Origin: Octopus bimaculoides
Lineage: Eukaryota
NCBI RefSeq assembly: GCF_001194135.2
Contig: NC_068985.1
Span: forward strand, 2,362,624 to 2,426,623
Reading direction: 5' to 3'
DNA: 64,000 bases
Of this stretch, positions 51,191 to 62,061 are shown piece after piece. Each line of letters opens with the position of its first letter. The first letter of the stretch is position 1. The translations under genes were made by a program, and so were the position numbers. The notes under the pieces were generated by a model. It was not told the DNA's origin, made no database searches, and saw only the letters and a list, made by a program, of their open reading frames with translations.

Positions 51191-51821
51191 CAGCTTGTTG
51201 TATAACTCTTAGGAGAAGGAATACTCGTCCCAGAAGTCGAGTGCCATAGTCTATTGAAGCCAGTCCTGTGACCTGACTGTGGGTGTGAAAGGGTTTCGGG
51301 ATTGTGACATCATATTACCTGCAGAGTTTCTCATAGCTGGCTCATCTCCAGGGGCCCATGAGACAGTAAACTCCTCTGGAGAGCCTGCCATCCATTATTT
51401 TATCCATTCAAGATGAAGAACACTCAGTAGCAGAGATGATCAGCTGGTGGCAATTTGCATGGAACGTAAACTGTTAGGAAATTATTAATTATAATGTTAA
51501 GTTAAACAGTTTTTCCTGCTGCCCTGTAAGGTCAGGATGAAGTCCATTGTCAAAATGGGGGAAGCTCGGTGATATTAGCCAAAACTGTGAAACTATAACA
51601 AATTGGCAAACCTTTATAAGCAGAGATAATTGTAACCCCCAATTTTTTGTGACTGCCTTTTCTGTGAGACATAAGTTGTTCAATTGGATTCTGGAAGCTA
51701 TGATTTGCCTGTTTAGTTTATGCACTTTGTGCTTTGTGTTAGGCATTTATGGATTTATTTTATGCTCCAGGAATTCGCCGGAACTTTTGTCAGATTTAAA
51801 ATAATTTCCATGTCACATCTG

Positions 51822-52055
51822 GGTCCAAGATTTGAAATTCAAGGTTCGAAAACTGAATTTGTACTAAAATGGAAATCCAGATTTTATGAAATCCAAATTT
51901 TTGGAATCCATATTTTTTGAAAAACCAAATTTGTGAGGCCAGGTTTTGTGTGAGGCCAATTTTGGTGAAACCAAAATTTATGAATCCAGGGTTACGGATC
52001 CAAGTTTGTGAAATCAAGTTGCTGAAGCCAGGATTCTGAGTCTGAATTTCTGAAC
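51822..52055. repeat. Degenerate ~15 bp minisatellite (consensus about CCARATTTxTGAA)
   Basis: Units TCCAGATTTTATGAA, TCCAAATTTTTGGAA, CCAAATTTGTGAGG, CCAATTTTGGTGAAA, CCAAAATTTATGAAT, CCAAGTTTGTGAAAT and others. Confidence 0.75.
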
Positions 52056-52289
52056 TGTATGTATATATGTTTCCTTTGAAGATATTTTGACTGCACGTCT
52101 GGTGTGGCATTGGTTTATTTTTGTTCATATATATTTGTTTTTGTATGCAGGCTGTTTTTTTTTTTATGCTGACAATTGTTAATGATATTTTACAAAAGAT
52201 TTTGCGGTGTGTTGTTGCTGTTTTGGGTCCACCCTTTCTTCATTGATTTTGTAAATTTTGGGTTATGGCCACCAAGTTGCAACAAAACT

Positions 52290-52660
52290 CACAGACAGGT
52301 TTCTCAACAAGAAAGGAATTTTGCAAAAGCAGGTTGTTTATGCCTGTCTGTTTTAACTTGTATTCTGAGGAGGTGAGGCAGATGTCAAGGGATGATCACT
52401 GCTGGACCAGTGTTCATCAATGGCTGGCAGCTAAACTACCATTCCTTATACTAATGATATCATACTCATGGCCACAGCATTGGCTAAGCCCTGGGAACTG
52501 ATCACCAAAAAGACCAAGATCATTACAGTTACCAGGAAACTGGAAGAGCTTCCCATTTGATACAAATGGATCAAGCTTGACCAGGTTGATAATTTCAAGC
52601 ACCTGGTTTCTATTGTCGATCAAAGAGCAAACTGTCTGTAGCCAGGAGGATCAGCCTCAA
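52290..52660 (+). mobile_element. Decayed RTE RT fragment
   Basis: FNLYSEEV, FINGWQLN, YTNDIILMA (a YADD relic) and KKTKIITVTR..LDQVDNFKHLVSIV. Confidence 0.6.
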
Positions 52661-52877
52661 TACAATATGAACAGATTGAAACTTCAGCAAAACCATCAAG
52701 CCTGGTCTGGCCATTATGAGTCGTGTGTGTGCGCTTGTGTTATTAAGATTGTGAGTCTAACAAAATACATTTTGTTTCAATCAACGAACACATTAGGGAC
52801 AAGAGACCCTAATGGGTCTCTTGTCAATGATAGCCACTTATAGCTATTTGCAGAATATCATATAAATATCATATAAA

Positions 52878-52967
52878 TACTACTACTACTACTACTACTA
52901 CTGATAATAATAATAATAATAATAATTATTATTATTATTATTATTATTGTTATTATTATTATTATTA

Positions 52968-53014
<47 letters not shown>

Positions 53015-53155
53015 GTTATTATTATTTTTATTGTTATTATTATTATTATTATTATTGTTATTATTATTATTATTATTGTTATTATTATTATTATTATTAT
53101 TGTTATTATTTTTATTGTTATTATTATTATTATTATTATTGTTATTATTATTATA
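52878..53155. repeat. (TAC)n-(TAA)n-(TTA/TTG)n trinucleotide array
   Basis: Direct reading; gives the poly-N and poly-L ORFs. Confidence 0.95.
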
Positions 53156-53879
53156 GGATGGTAATGATGGAAGTGATGATGAAAGATAAAAATGTAAAAT
53201 AGAAAATAAAAACAATCAAGATTTCTAAAGTTTTATTATCGTTATTTTCTACCTTTCTCTCTACCTTATCTGCCTTTCATCACCAGTGCCACCAACTTGC
53301 GGCTTCCAATCTACCCATCTTTCTCTTTCTCACCATTAATCCTTACATTATGTCAGGTTGTTTGTGGGTGTGTATGTAAGTGTGTGTAGCTACATGTATC
53401 TGTGTGTGTGTCTGTGTACTTTTGTTGATATTTTCAATTTATATTTTTTAATTTTATCTCAACACTTATTTCTATATTTTTCACTTATTTTGATTTAATT
53501 TTCAATATTTATTTTTCTCTTTCATCTTACTCATTACTAAAACCCATTACTATAATTTATTCCTTTATTTTTCATTATCATTTTTATTCTTATTTTATAT
53601 ATTTTCATCCTTACTTTTGTTATCTACAAGTAATACTAATATCAATGTATTTCACTCTACCGCTACCTGTAAGTGGTAGTAGACACTACACAAAGGTCTC
53701 GGATCCCTGACAAGTCTGTCAGCATTATATAAGCATATACAGGTATGTGCATATATATATGTATGTTAGTATACAAGAATACAGCCACACACCAATCTGA
53801 GTAAAATCATGACCATCTATGCATACGGGCACGTCTCCTTCAGCTCAGAGATCCTAGTCTTGTGGGCTCATGGGTGTTG

Positions 53880-54075
53880 GTGCCCTGTAAAGTGTTAGTG
53901 CCAATGTCATATAAAAGCACCCAGTCCATTCTCTGAAGTGGTTGGCATTAGGAAGGGCATCCAGCTGTACAAACCCCGCCAAAACAAACAATTGAAGCCT
54001 GGTGCAACTCTCCAGCTGGCTACCTCCTCTTAAACTGTCCATCCCATGCCATAGACGTTAAATGATGATTATGAT
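53880..54075 (+). mobile_element. Repeat family C copy with (GAT)n tail
   Basis: GTGGTTGGCATTAGGAAGGGCATCCAGCTG...CCCATGCC...GACGTTAAATGATGAT. Confidence 0.75.
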
Positions 54076-54099
54076 ACATATATATATATATATATATAA

Positions 54100-54187
54100 A
54101 TTAATAGTTATCGCCAAGCCAACATGGCAGTCCCAAAATTAGGACGAAAGCTGCCGTGAATTAGCTCCAAGAAGCCATCGCCTCTAG
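54100..54187 (+). mobile_element. Arm of a second member of the 7.8 kb fold-back family; remainder in N-gap
   Basis: GTTATCGCCAAGCCAACATGGCAGTCC...GGACGAAAGCTGCCGTGAATTAGCTCCAAGAAGCCATCGCCTCTAG aligns to 7836-7916. Confidence 0.65.
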
Positions 54188-54829
54188 NNNNNNNNNNNNN
54201 NNNNNNNNNNNNNNNNNNNNNNNNNNNNNNNNNNNNNNNNNNNNNNNNNNNNNNNNNNNNNNNNNNNNNNNNNNNNNNNNNNNNNNNNNNNNNNNNNNNN
54301 NNNNNNNNNNNNNNNNNNNNNNNNNNNNNNNNNNNNNNNNNNNNNNNNNNNNNNNNNNNNNNNNNNNNNNNNNNNNNNNNNNNNNNNNNNNNNNNNNNNN
54401 NNNNNNNNNNNNNNNNNNNNNNNNNNNNNNNNNNNNNNNNNNNNNNNNNNNNNNNNNNNNNNNNNNNNNNNNNNNNNNNNNNNNNNNNNNNNNNNNNNNN
54501 NNNNNNNNNNNNNNNNNNNNNNNNNNNNNNNNNNNNNNNNNNNNNNNNNNNNNNNNNNNNNNNNNNNNNNNNNNNNNNNNNNNNNNNNNNNNNNNNNNNN
54601 NNNNNNNNNNNNNNNNNNNNNNNNNNNNNNNNNNNNNNNNNNNNNNNNNNNNNNNNNNNNNNNNNNNNNNNNNNNNNNNNNNNNNNNNNNNNNNNNNNNN
54701 NNNNNNNNNNNNNNNNNNNNNNNNNNNNNNNNNNNNNNNNNNNNNNNNNNNNNNNNNNNNNNNNNNNNNNNATGCTACTGTTGTTTTTAGCCCCAGGAGG
54801 ACATCTCATCCTGCTGACTAACGTGCTTC

Positions 54830-55086
54830 TGTTGACCTGCCAACCCAAGTGAGACCATAGCCATGGCTGATGGCAGTGTCAGGCCAATAACACCCATGCC
54901 GGTGGCACATAAAAAGCACCCACTACATTCTCTGCAGTGGTTGGCATTAGGAAGGGCATCCAACCGTAGAAACCTTGTCAAATCAGATTGAACCCTGGCA
55001 TAGCCCCTGCTTGCCAATTTTCAGTTAAACCATCCAACCCATGCCAGCATGGAAAGCGGACGTTAAACAATGATGATGATGATGAT
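54830..55086 (+). mobile_element. Repeat family C copy
   Basis: ATGCCGGTGGCACATAAAAAGCACCCACTAC...CCAACCCATGCCAGCATGGAAAGCGGACGTTAAACAA(TGA)n. Confidence 0.8.
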
Positions 55087-55169
55087 ATATATAAGTGGCC
55101 ATCCATTTGTTATGACAACAAGTGTTCCAGTTGTTCTGATTGCCAAAACAATCTACTCATGAAAGAAAC

Positions 55170-55640
55170 ACGTAAGTGGCTGAGTACTCCACAGATATGT
55201 GTACCCTTAACATGGTTCTGAGGGAGATTCAGCATGTCACAGAATGTGTTAGTCCTTTGAAATACAGGGACTATACTTTTTTTTTTTTCCTACTCAAGGC
55301 ACAAGGCCCGAAATTTTTTGTCGGAGAGGGCCAGTTGATTAGATTGACCCCAGTACATAAGTGGTACTTAATTTATCAACCCCCGAAAGGATGAAAGACA
55401 AAGTTGACTTCAGCAGAATTTGAACTCAGAACATAAAGACAGACGAAATACCTCTAAGCATTTCGCCCGGTGTGCTAACGTTTCTGCCAGCTCACCACCC
55501 TAGGGGCTCCTCATTTTTTCCACTTCAGTGCACTGGAGCAATGTGAAATAAAGTGTCTTGCTCAAGGACACAGTACACTGCTGGGAATTGAACTTGTGAC
55601 CTTATGATCATGATCGAAATACCCTAACCACTAAACCACT
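55170..55640 (-). mobile_element. Meta/CORE-like SINE interrupted by a family B SINE (55277-55500)
   Basis: Outer pieces match 14744-15056 in reverse (GTGTCTTGCTCAAGGACAC; GTGGCTGAGTACTCCACAGATA). The inner piece is a family B body. Confidence 0.72.
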
Positions 55641-56280
55641 AATATATACATACACACACACACGCACAACCATGAAATGAAAAGATAGTATTAGATTGGT
55701 GCATGCTCAGTGTCCTCCTCTTCCACCACCACCACCACCACCATCACCTTTCCAACTCATAATCTTTGAGTGAGACTTGACTGCATCCTGTCTGTGATAT
55801 CAAATGCACCCTTATCAGTTCCCCAACCTGATCTGCCCTCCATTCCTCCTCCTCCTCCATCAGGCAGTGGCATCCATTCCATTCCGTTTCCTTATCAATC
55901 AGAATAACCTTACAGACATCACCTGTACGACTGCCAGGGGAGGGGAATGACTGCCTCACTGATCACATCTGCATGTCTTCCACAAGCGTTTGCTTTGTGA
56001 GATTGAGGTGCAAGAAAGGCGGCAACGTTGCACCTGTGCAAAAGAGTAAAAACCATCCAAATTAATGCGTTCTTGCCATGAAGACAAGCAGTAAACTAGA
56101 AATACTATTCAATACAGCAACAGTTGCTGCTTCAATCTGATGCCATTTCAGTTGGCTTCCCTAGTCACAAACACACTGACTGGTGGGAAGAATATGGAAT
56201 AATATTGGTGTTAATGAATTCTTTAAGGTTACTTCTCTGCTATTCCTACAAAAACTTCATCCAAAGTTCACACTTATACC

Positions 56281-56436
56281 TTAACCCATTGGTGGCGTCA
56301 CAGAGGGAATAGTGAGTGGCAAAAGCATCCACCTTATTTCAGGATCATTTCTGGTGATTAAACGACCACCTGGGTGGACATGTGCATTGTCCGAAATTAA
56401 TTGTGCAGTCATTGCCACATCAACATTTATGCATTG
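56281..56436 (-). CDS. Candidate host exon C (hypothetical protein); either terminal, or ending at a donor at 56333
   Basis: Strong acceptor TTATCTTTTCTCTATCTCGCCTATCATTTCAG; only phase 0 is open: QCINVDVAMTAQLISDNAHVHPGGRLITRNDPEIR(WMLLPLTIPSVTPPMG*). Confidence 0.55.
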   Translation of the reverse strand, partial: QCINVDVAMTAQLISDNAHVHPGGRLITRNDPEIRWMLLPLTIPSVTPPMG

Positions 56437-56834
56437 CTGAAATGATAGGCGAGATAGAGAAAAGATAACCATTAAAGTTATACATGTTAAACTTTGAATT
56501 CTTGGAATGGTAATAATGTCTTGGTAGTTGGTAGCATTATGCTTAAATCTTACAAATGTGCTCACTTTGCTACTATCACTAACTTTGAAAGAGAAAGAGA
56601 AAAGAGGAAGTGATAAAAAGAAAAAGGAAGGATTGAACTCAACCCTGGTATTTTAAACATCACCCACAAAATGATGAAAGGCAAAGATGACATTAACAGG
56701 ATTTGAACCCAGAATACAAACATCCAGAACAAATACCACAAGACATTCTATTCAATGCTCTAATAATGCTGACAATCAAAACACATACACACACACAGAG
56801 AAACATTGTTTCTCCTATATGTATGCTAGTTCCA

Positions 56835-57150
56835 CAAAAAGAGCCCCTGTGCTGGTGCCACATAAAAAATACTCAAGCCAGTGCCAGCATTGGTGCTGGA
56901 TCTGTGTTGGTGCCACATAAAAAGTACTTATGCTGGTGTTATGTAAAAAGCTTCCAGCCCATTCTGTAGATTGTCTGGCCAAAACAGACTCTGGAACCTG
57001 GTGTGACTCTTGGCCTTACCAGCTCCTGTCAAACTCCAATATGTACCAGCATGGAAACGGATGTTAAATGATGATGATGGTGGTGGTGGTGGTGGTGGCG
57101 GTGGTGGTGGCGGTGGTGGTGATGACGATGACGACAACGATGATGACGTA
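56835..57150 (+). mobile_element. Repeat family C, diverged, tail expanded into (GAT)(GGT)(GAC)n
   Basis: Three GGTG(C/T)xAxxTAAAAA units, then CCAGCATGGAAACGGATGTTAAATGATGAT. Confidence 0.7.
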
Positions 57151-57433
57151 TGCACACCCATCTTCGGCTCCTTCATTATTTCTCACATGCTGCTCCAGCA
57201 TTGAAAGTTATTTGCCAATGAAGACAAAGTATGAAAGCTTTATGTATGTTGATGATGATGATGATGATGATAGATGATGTCACGTATTATTCCAGGGTGG
57301 TCAGTACTGGAAGTTCACTTGACCAGTGAAAGTAATGAAGTAAGTCTTAAACCTAATCTAATTAAAACCTCATCATTGGATGAGGCTGGAAGCAGTCTCC
57401 AAGCTGGATTATTTCTTTCTATTTACTTCTTAC

Positions 57434-57501
57434 CATTTCTCTCATTATCCGATGTTGCTTCACAAGTCCAGTTTCTATTAATAAATATTGGATTCTGGCA
57501 T
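57434..57501 (-). CDS. Candidate host exon B (68 nt, phase 1 to 0)
   Basis: Acceptor TTCTGTCATTTCTTAATAG and donor ATG|GTAAGA; reads (D)ARIQYLLIETGLVKQHRIMREM. Confidence 0.55.
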
Positions 57502-57539
57502 CTATTAAGAAATGACAGAATTGTATTCCAGCATCACCA

Positions 57540-57626
57540 TATTCTTCATCATTGTCTTCATTATAATCATCATCCGTATTGTCGTCGTCATCATTATTTT
57601 CCTCCTCCTCCTCCTCCTCCTCCTCC

Positions 57627-57659
<33 letters not shown>

Positions 57660-57830
57660 CCGTCATTATCATCACCATCATCATCTCACTCATCATCATC
57701 ATCGTTATCATCATCATCATCATCTCACGCATCATTATCATCATCATCTCATTCATCGTCATCATCATCATCATCATCATCATTACCATCATCATCATCT
57801 CACTCATCATCATCGTCCTAGCCACTTATT
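57540..57830. repeat. (CAT)/(CCT)n trinucleotide array
   Basis: Direct reading; gives the poly-His, poly-Ser and poly-Met ORFs. Confidence 0.93.
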
Positions 57831-57834
57831 TTAT

Positions 57835-57947
57835 TTTTAAGCCTGATACTAATTCTATCAGTGTCTTTTGCTGAACAGCTAAGTTACGGGACGTAAACAC
57901 ACCAACACAGGTTGTTAAGAAGTAGTAGGGGACAAACACTGACACAA

Positions 57948-57985
<38 letters not shown>

Positions 57986-58168
57986 TTACACAAGGACACA
58001 CACACACAGATATGTGATAGTTTTCTTTCAGTTTCCTTCTACCAAATCCACTCACAAGGCTTTGGTTGGCCTGAGGCTATAGTGGCAGACACTTGCCCAA
58101 TGTGCCATGCAGTGAGACTGAACCTGGAATCTTGTGGTTGGGAAGCAAACTTCTTACCACACAGCCAG
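57835..58168 (-). mobile_element. SINE family A, 3'-clipped
   Basis: Head ending CTTACCACACAGCCA, a central (CA)n tract and GCTAAGTTACGGGACGTAAACACACC. Confidence 0.82.
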
Positions 58169-59650
58169 AAGTCATGTATATTATGTATAATCACCTATCT
58201 TTAGTTCAACAGTCGCTGATGAGGTGAATAGTCACAAAATCACCTAAATGTCTCGTAAGACATCTTGTGATAAATATTCCATTTCTTTTTTTTTATGTGA
58301 TTTATTTGAGGTTTATTTTTCTTTATTTAATTTACACAGACATAAAATCATAGCACTGCCTACCTGCTGAGTTGTTGAGCACTCTCAATGTTTGAATATC
58401 TTGCTTAGATGGTCTAAAATTGCATTGTCTAGTTTCATGTGTCTGTACATGTATGCACGTGTATGTGTGTGTGTGTGTGTTTGCTCACTCTCTTTTCTTT
58501 CACTGTCCCTCTCTCTTTCCTTTTGCCTCCGTCTTCTCTTATTTCCATTTTATCTGACTTATTATTGACAAAAATGTATTAAATATTTGAAGAGGGACAG
58601 TATTCTAATCCTTCCCTTTCTTTACCTCTCTCTCTCTCTCTCTCTCTCTTTGAGATAAAATTCACGTCCTACAATCTGTGTTTAATACAAGTCGCTGTAT
58701 AAAATTATTTCAACAGTTATATCTTGCCAAAAATGTAGGGAGTTAAGATTCCATTAGATTGAAGCCGCGTCTATCTGTGGATATGATTAACCCATTCCAG
58801 AGCTTCTACAAGACAAAGGAATTTCTGATGGTGACAGTTCTTTACAGCAATAGATCTAAGTTATCTAAAGACTGTGATTGTTTGTGATTTCTGCTAATCA
58901 CTTCTTCTGGCACCAAGAACAATGGTAAACAGCCTTTCAGGACAGAAAATTAATGACAATCAGAAACATTTACAAGAGTAGGGCTCTCTCTGAAGAATAT
59001 CAGTAAAGGAATATGCAGCTGACATTGGCTAGTGTGTTATTATTATTCATTGTCCTTGTTGCATATGTTGTTGTTTTGAGGTTGCAAATGATGGGAATAC
59101 AACAAGTGGTGGTGGTGGTGGTGGTGGTGGTAGTGGTGGTCGCCATCATGGCAGCAGTGGCAGTGATGGCAGCAATATAATCAGGCGTTCACTACCAATT
59201 CTGCTTGCAATTGATCAAAATGTTTCCACAGATATTGTATTGATGCCGCAGCTCATACATCATCATTTGAAATCTACTAATCTACTGGTGTTTCATTGCA
59301 TTCTTAATCCTGCATGCTTCAGTTCTCCAAGCTATCAGGAATGGTATACCAGATACTCTGGGATTTTTACTGCTAATAGATATGCATTCCACCCATGGAG
59401 AGATTTAACTCTCGTTCGTTTATTGCTATTAAAGCAAAGTTAAGCACCATTCACCTGAGGGGATTCTGGGAGTTCTTTGTAGTTAAAGCCACATCTTGTG
59501 TTGGCAATTGATTATAATCAGTGGCCAAGTAGATGTGAAAAGTCAGCCACTCGGTTGAAAAGTCATGGCTAAAATCTCCCCATTATTATTATTATTATTA
59601 TTATTATTAGTATTAGTATTGTTATTATTATTAGTAGTAGTAGTAGTATT

Positions 59651-59682
<32 letters not shown>

Positions 59683-59683
<1 letters not shown>

Positions 59684-59900
59684 GAGCAGTAAGTTTGCAG
59701 AATTATTAGCACACCAGGTGAAAGGCTTAGCGGTATTTCGGCGGTCTTTATGTTCTGAGTTCAAATTCCACCAAGGTTGACTTTGCCTTTCATCCTTTAG
59801 GGGTCGATAAATTAAGTACCAGTTATGTACTAGGGTCGATCTAATCAACTAGCCCCCCCTCCCTCAAAATTTCGGGCCTTGTGCCCAGAGTAGAAAAAAA
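59683..59900 (+). mobile_element. SINE family B (alternative 3' end) embedded in (ATT)n
   Basis: TTCTGAGTTCAAATTCC...CATCCTTTAGGGGTCGATAAATTAAGTACC...AAATTTCGGGCCTTGTGCCCAGAGTAGAAAAAAA(TTA)n. Confidence 0.85.
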
Positions 59901-60057
59901 TTATTATTATTATTATTATATATAGGACTGAGGTAACTCTTCCAGAAGATATAAAAGCAACAAATAGAAGAGTGCCATTGTTATCAAGTGAACGATATTT
60001 CGACAGGTTCAAAAAATATCGTTCACTTGATAACAATTGCACTCTTCTTTTTTTTGC

Positions 60058-60091
<34 letters not shown>

Positions 60092-60094
60092 TGT

Positions 60095-60315
60095 AAGGTG
60101 ATGGGCTGGAAGAATTGTTACTGTACCAAACAAAATGCTTAGCAGCATTTCTTCTAGCTTTACATTTTGAGTTCAAATACCACCGAGGTTAACTATGTCT
60201 GTCATTTGGGGGGGGGGGTGATAGAATAAGTACCTGTCAAGCACTGGGATCAATCATATCTACCTTCCCTTTCCCTAAAATTGCTAGCCTTGCCAACTAA
60301 AATTCAAAACCAGTA
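60095..60315 (+). mobile_element. SINE family B variant, diverged
   Basis: AAGGTGATGGGCTGG...TTTGAGTTCAAATACC...ATAAGTACC...AAAATTGCTAGCCTTG. Confidence 0.7.
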
Positions 60316-60429
60316 TTATTCTCCCTTTTTGTATCTCACCCCTATCATGGAATTTAAGTGGGTTTACTCTTGGATAACAACTCATCACTTCTTTCCTCAG
60401 CCATCCAAGAACTTTTGAATGATCCTCAC

Positions 60430-60507
60430 CTTTCCTAACAAGCAGGCCAGTTGCATGTGGTCCGTGTATGTAGCCAATAGTTTCAATAACGAAATTTGTA
60501 CGAGCAA
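60430..60507 (-). CDS. Candidate host exon A (78 nt)
   Basis: Acceptor GTATTTTTCTTTCAG and donor AAG|GTGAGG. Phase-1 reading (V)ARTNFVIETIGYIHGPHATGLLVRK; the phase-0 frame is also open. Confidence 0.55.
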
Positions 60508-60677
60508 CTGAAAGAAAAATACATTTCAAACTATCTAACAAATAATTTTGAAAATAGTGATAACAACAGTAACAGTGACGCTTGCACAAAGTTATAAATC
60601 TTAAATCACTCATACAGGGACTGTGTTAAAACTAATCTTGTTATGGCTGTAACCAAAACGTTTAACATATTTCCTCA

Positions 60678-60717
<40 letters not shown>

Positions 60718-61542
60718 AAATGTAGTTGGGAGATGTTTTAAAATAGTCTTTATTTGCTGAAGAATTTAATTCTTGAGAGATCAAAGAAAAAAATGAAAAA
60801 GCTATGTTTCTTTGTTTTAAAAAGGATGCTACAAGAATTGAATTGTCATTAATTACAACTGAATCATTCCAGGAAATCTCAGAGAAATTCTTTTAATTGG
60901 AGGAGGGAAAGGTTATGGTTATGTCTGCTGCACTGTTAAATCTGAAGACTCAAACTGAAAGTGTTAGGTACACATCTGCCTGTAGAATTATGTTCCAGTA
61001 TAAAGAGCAAAAAATACAAGAAACACTGGAAACAATGTTGATCTATGGCCAGTTATTATATATGTATTCCAGTCTGGGTGGATAGTTAGAGTGGACAAGA
61101 GGAGACGTATGGTCAAGAAGTATCTAAATAGTTTTGCAAGTCCAAATGACTTCCAAAGGCCACAAGACTAAACTGGACTGTGTCCTGTTGAATGTTCCAA
61201 AACAAAGGGCATGAGTTTGATGGTACAAAGCAAAGGGACTAATTCCTACATGTGTCAAAGGGGAAAAACTTTTTTGCTCAGAAAAACGGAGAAAACTCAG
61301 CAAGGAAATGAGGAAGGAAACAAAAACTAGACAGGGCAGCAACAAGAGTGTCCAGAATGACAAACCTCAGTGTCCAGAGAAAGACCTATCACTGCTGCAA
61401 TAATGAAGGAGGTTTATCACCACATCCCCACCCTAGAATACAAACAAGTAGACACTCCATTTCCTAAGAGTAACGACTAACAGCATCATTTCATTGTTAT
61501 GCGATGAGGAAGAGATAATGGATGCTGAGAAAAATATATCAA

Positions 61543-61705
61543 GGCACAGGTATGGCTGTGTGGTAAGAAGTTTGCTTCCCAGCCACATGGTTCTATGTTA
61601 AAGCCCACTGCATAGCTCCTTGGGGAAATGTCTTCTACTATAGCCTCAAGCTGATCAAAGCCTTGTGAGTGGATTTGGTAGATGGAAACTAAAAGAAGCC
61701 TATCA
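61543..61705 (+). mobile_element. SINE family A head followed by (TA)/(TG)n
   Basis: GGCACAGGTATGGCTGTGTGGTAAGAAG...CCTTGTGAGTGGATTTGGTAGATGGAAAC. Confidence 0.8.
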
Positions 61706-61728
61706 TATATATTTATATATATATACTG

Positions 61729-61771
<43 letters not shown>

Positions 61772-61970
61772 ACACACACACATACACATATATACAGTAT
61801 ATATATTAATGTTTATTTTTATGTTCAGTTATTATAAAAACAATTTCACATTAATCCAATTTCTTACTCTATACTTTTCTACAAACTTATTCTTAAACAA
61901 GAATATTATTGACAGTGACTTTTAAATTTTGGGCAGCTAAGCCATTATTGAACTTGTATATACTATATAC

Positions 61971-62001
<31 letters not shown>

Positions 62002-62030
62002 ATTATTATTATTATTATCATCATTATTAC

Positions 62031-62058
<28 letters not shown>

Positions 62059-62061
<3 letters not shown>

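Noticed and set aside
51338-51470. Minus-strand exon-like unit with MAGSPEEFTVSWAPGDEPAMRNSA and donor CAG|GTAATA
   Set aside because: All three frames from the upstream acceptor contain stops, and no partner exon was identified. Left uncalled.
49845-52055. Regularly spaced repeats that might suggest a CRISPR-like array
   Set aside because: Units are degenerate and adjacent, with no unique spacers and no cas genes, in a eukaryotic context.
1512-54848. ORFs containing long X runs (1.6, 5.7, 24.6 and 54.2 kb)
   Set aside because: Open only because of N-gaps. The 16094-16687 case is kept because both flanks carry real domain motifs.
57434-57700. Long acidic minus-strand frame (ENNDDDDNTDDDYNEDNDEEY...) continuous with exon B
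   Set aside because: It derives from the (CAT)n array, hits an in-frame TGA and has no acceptor. The acceptor at 57502 explains the real exon better.
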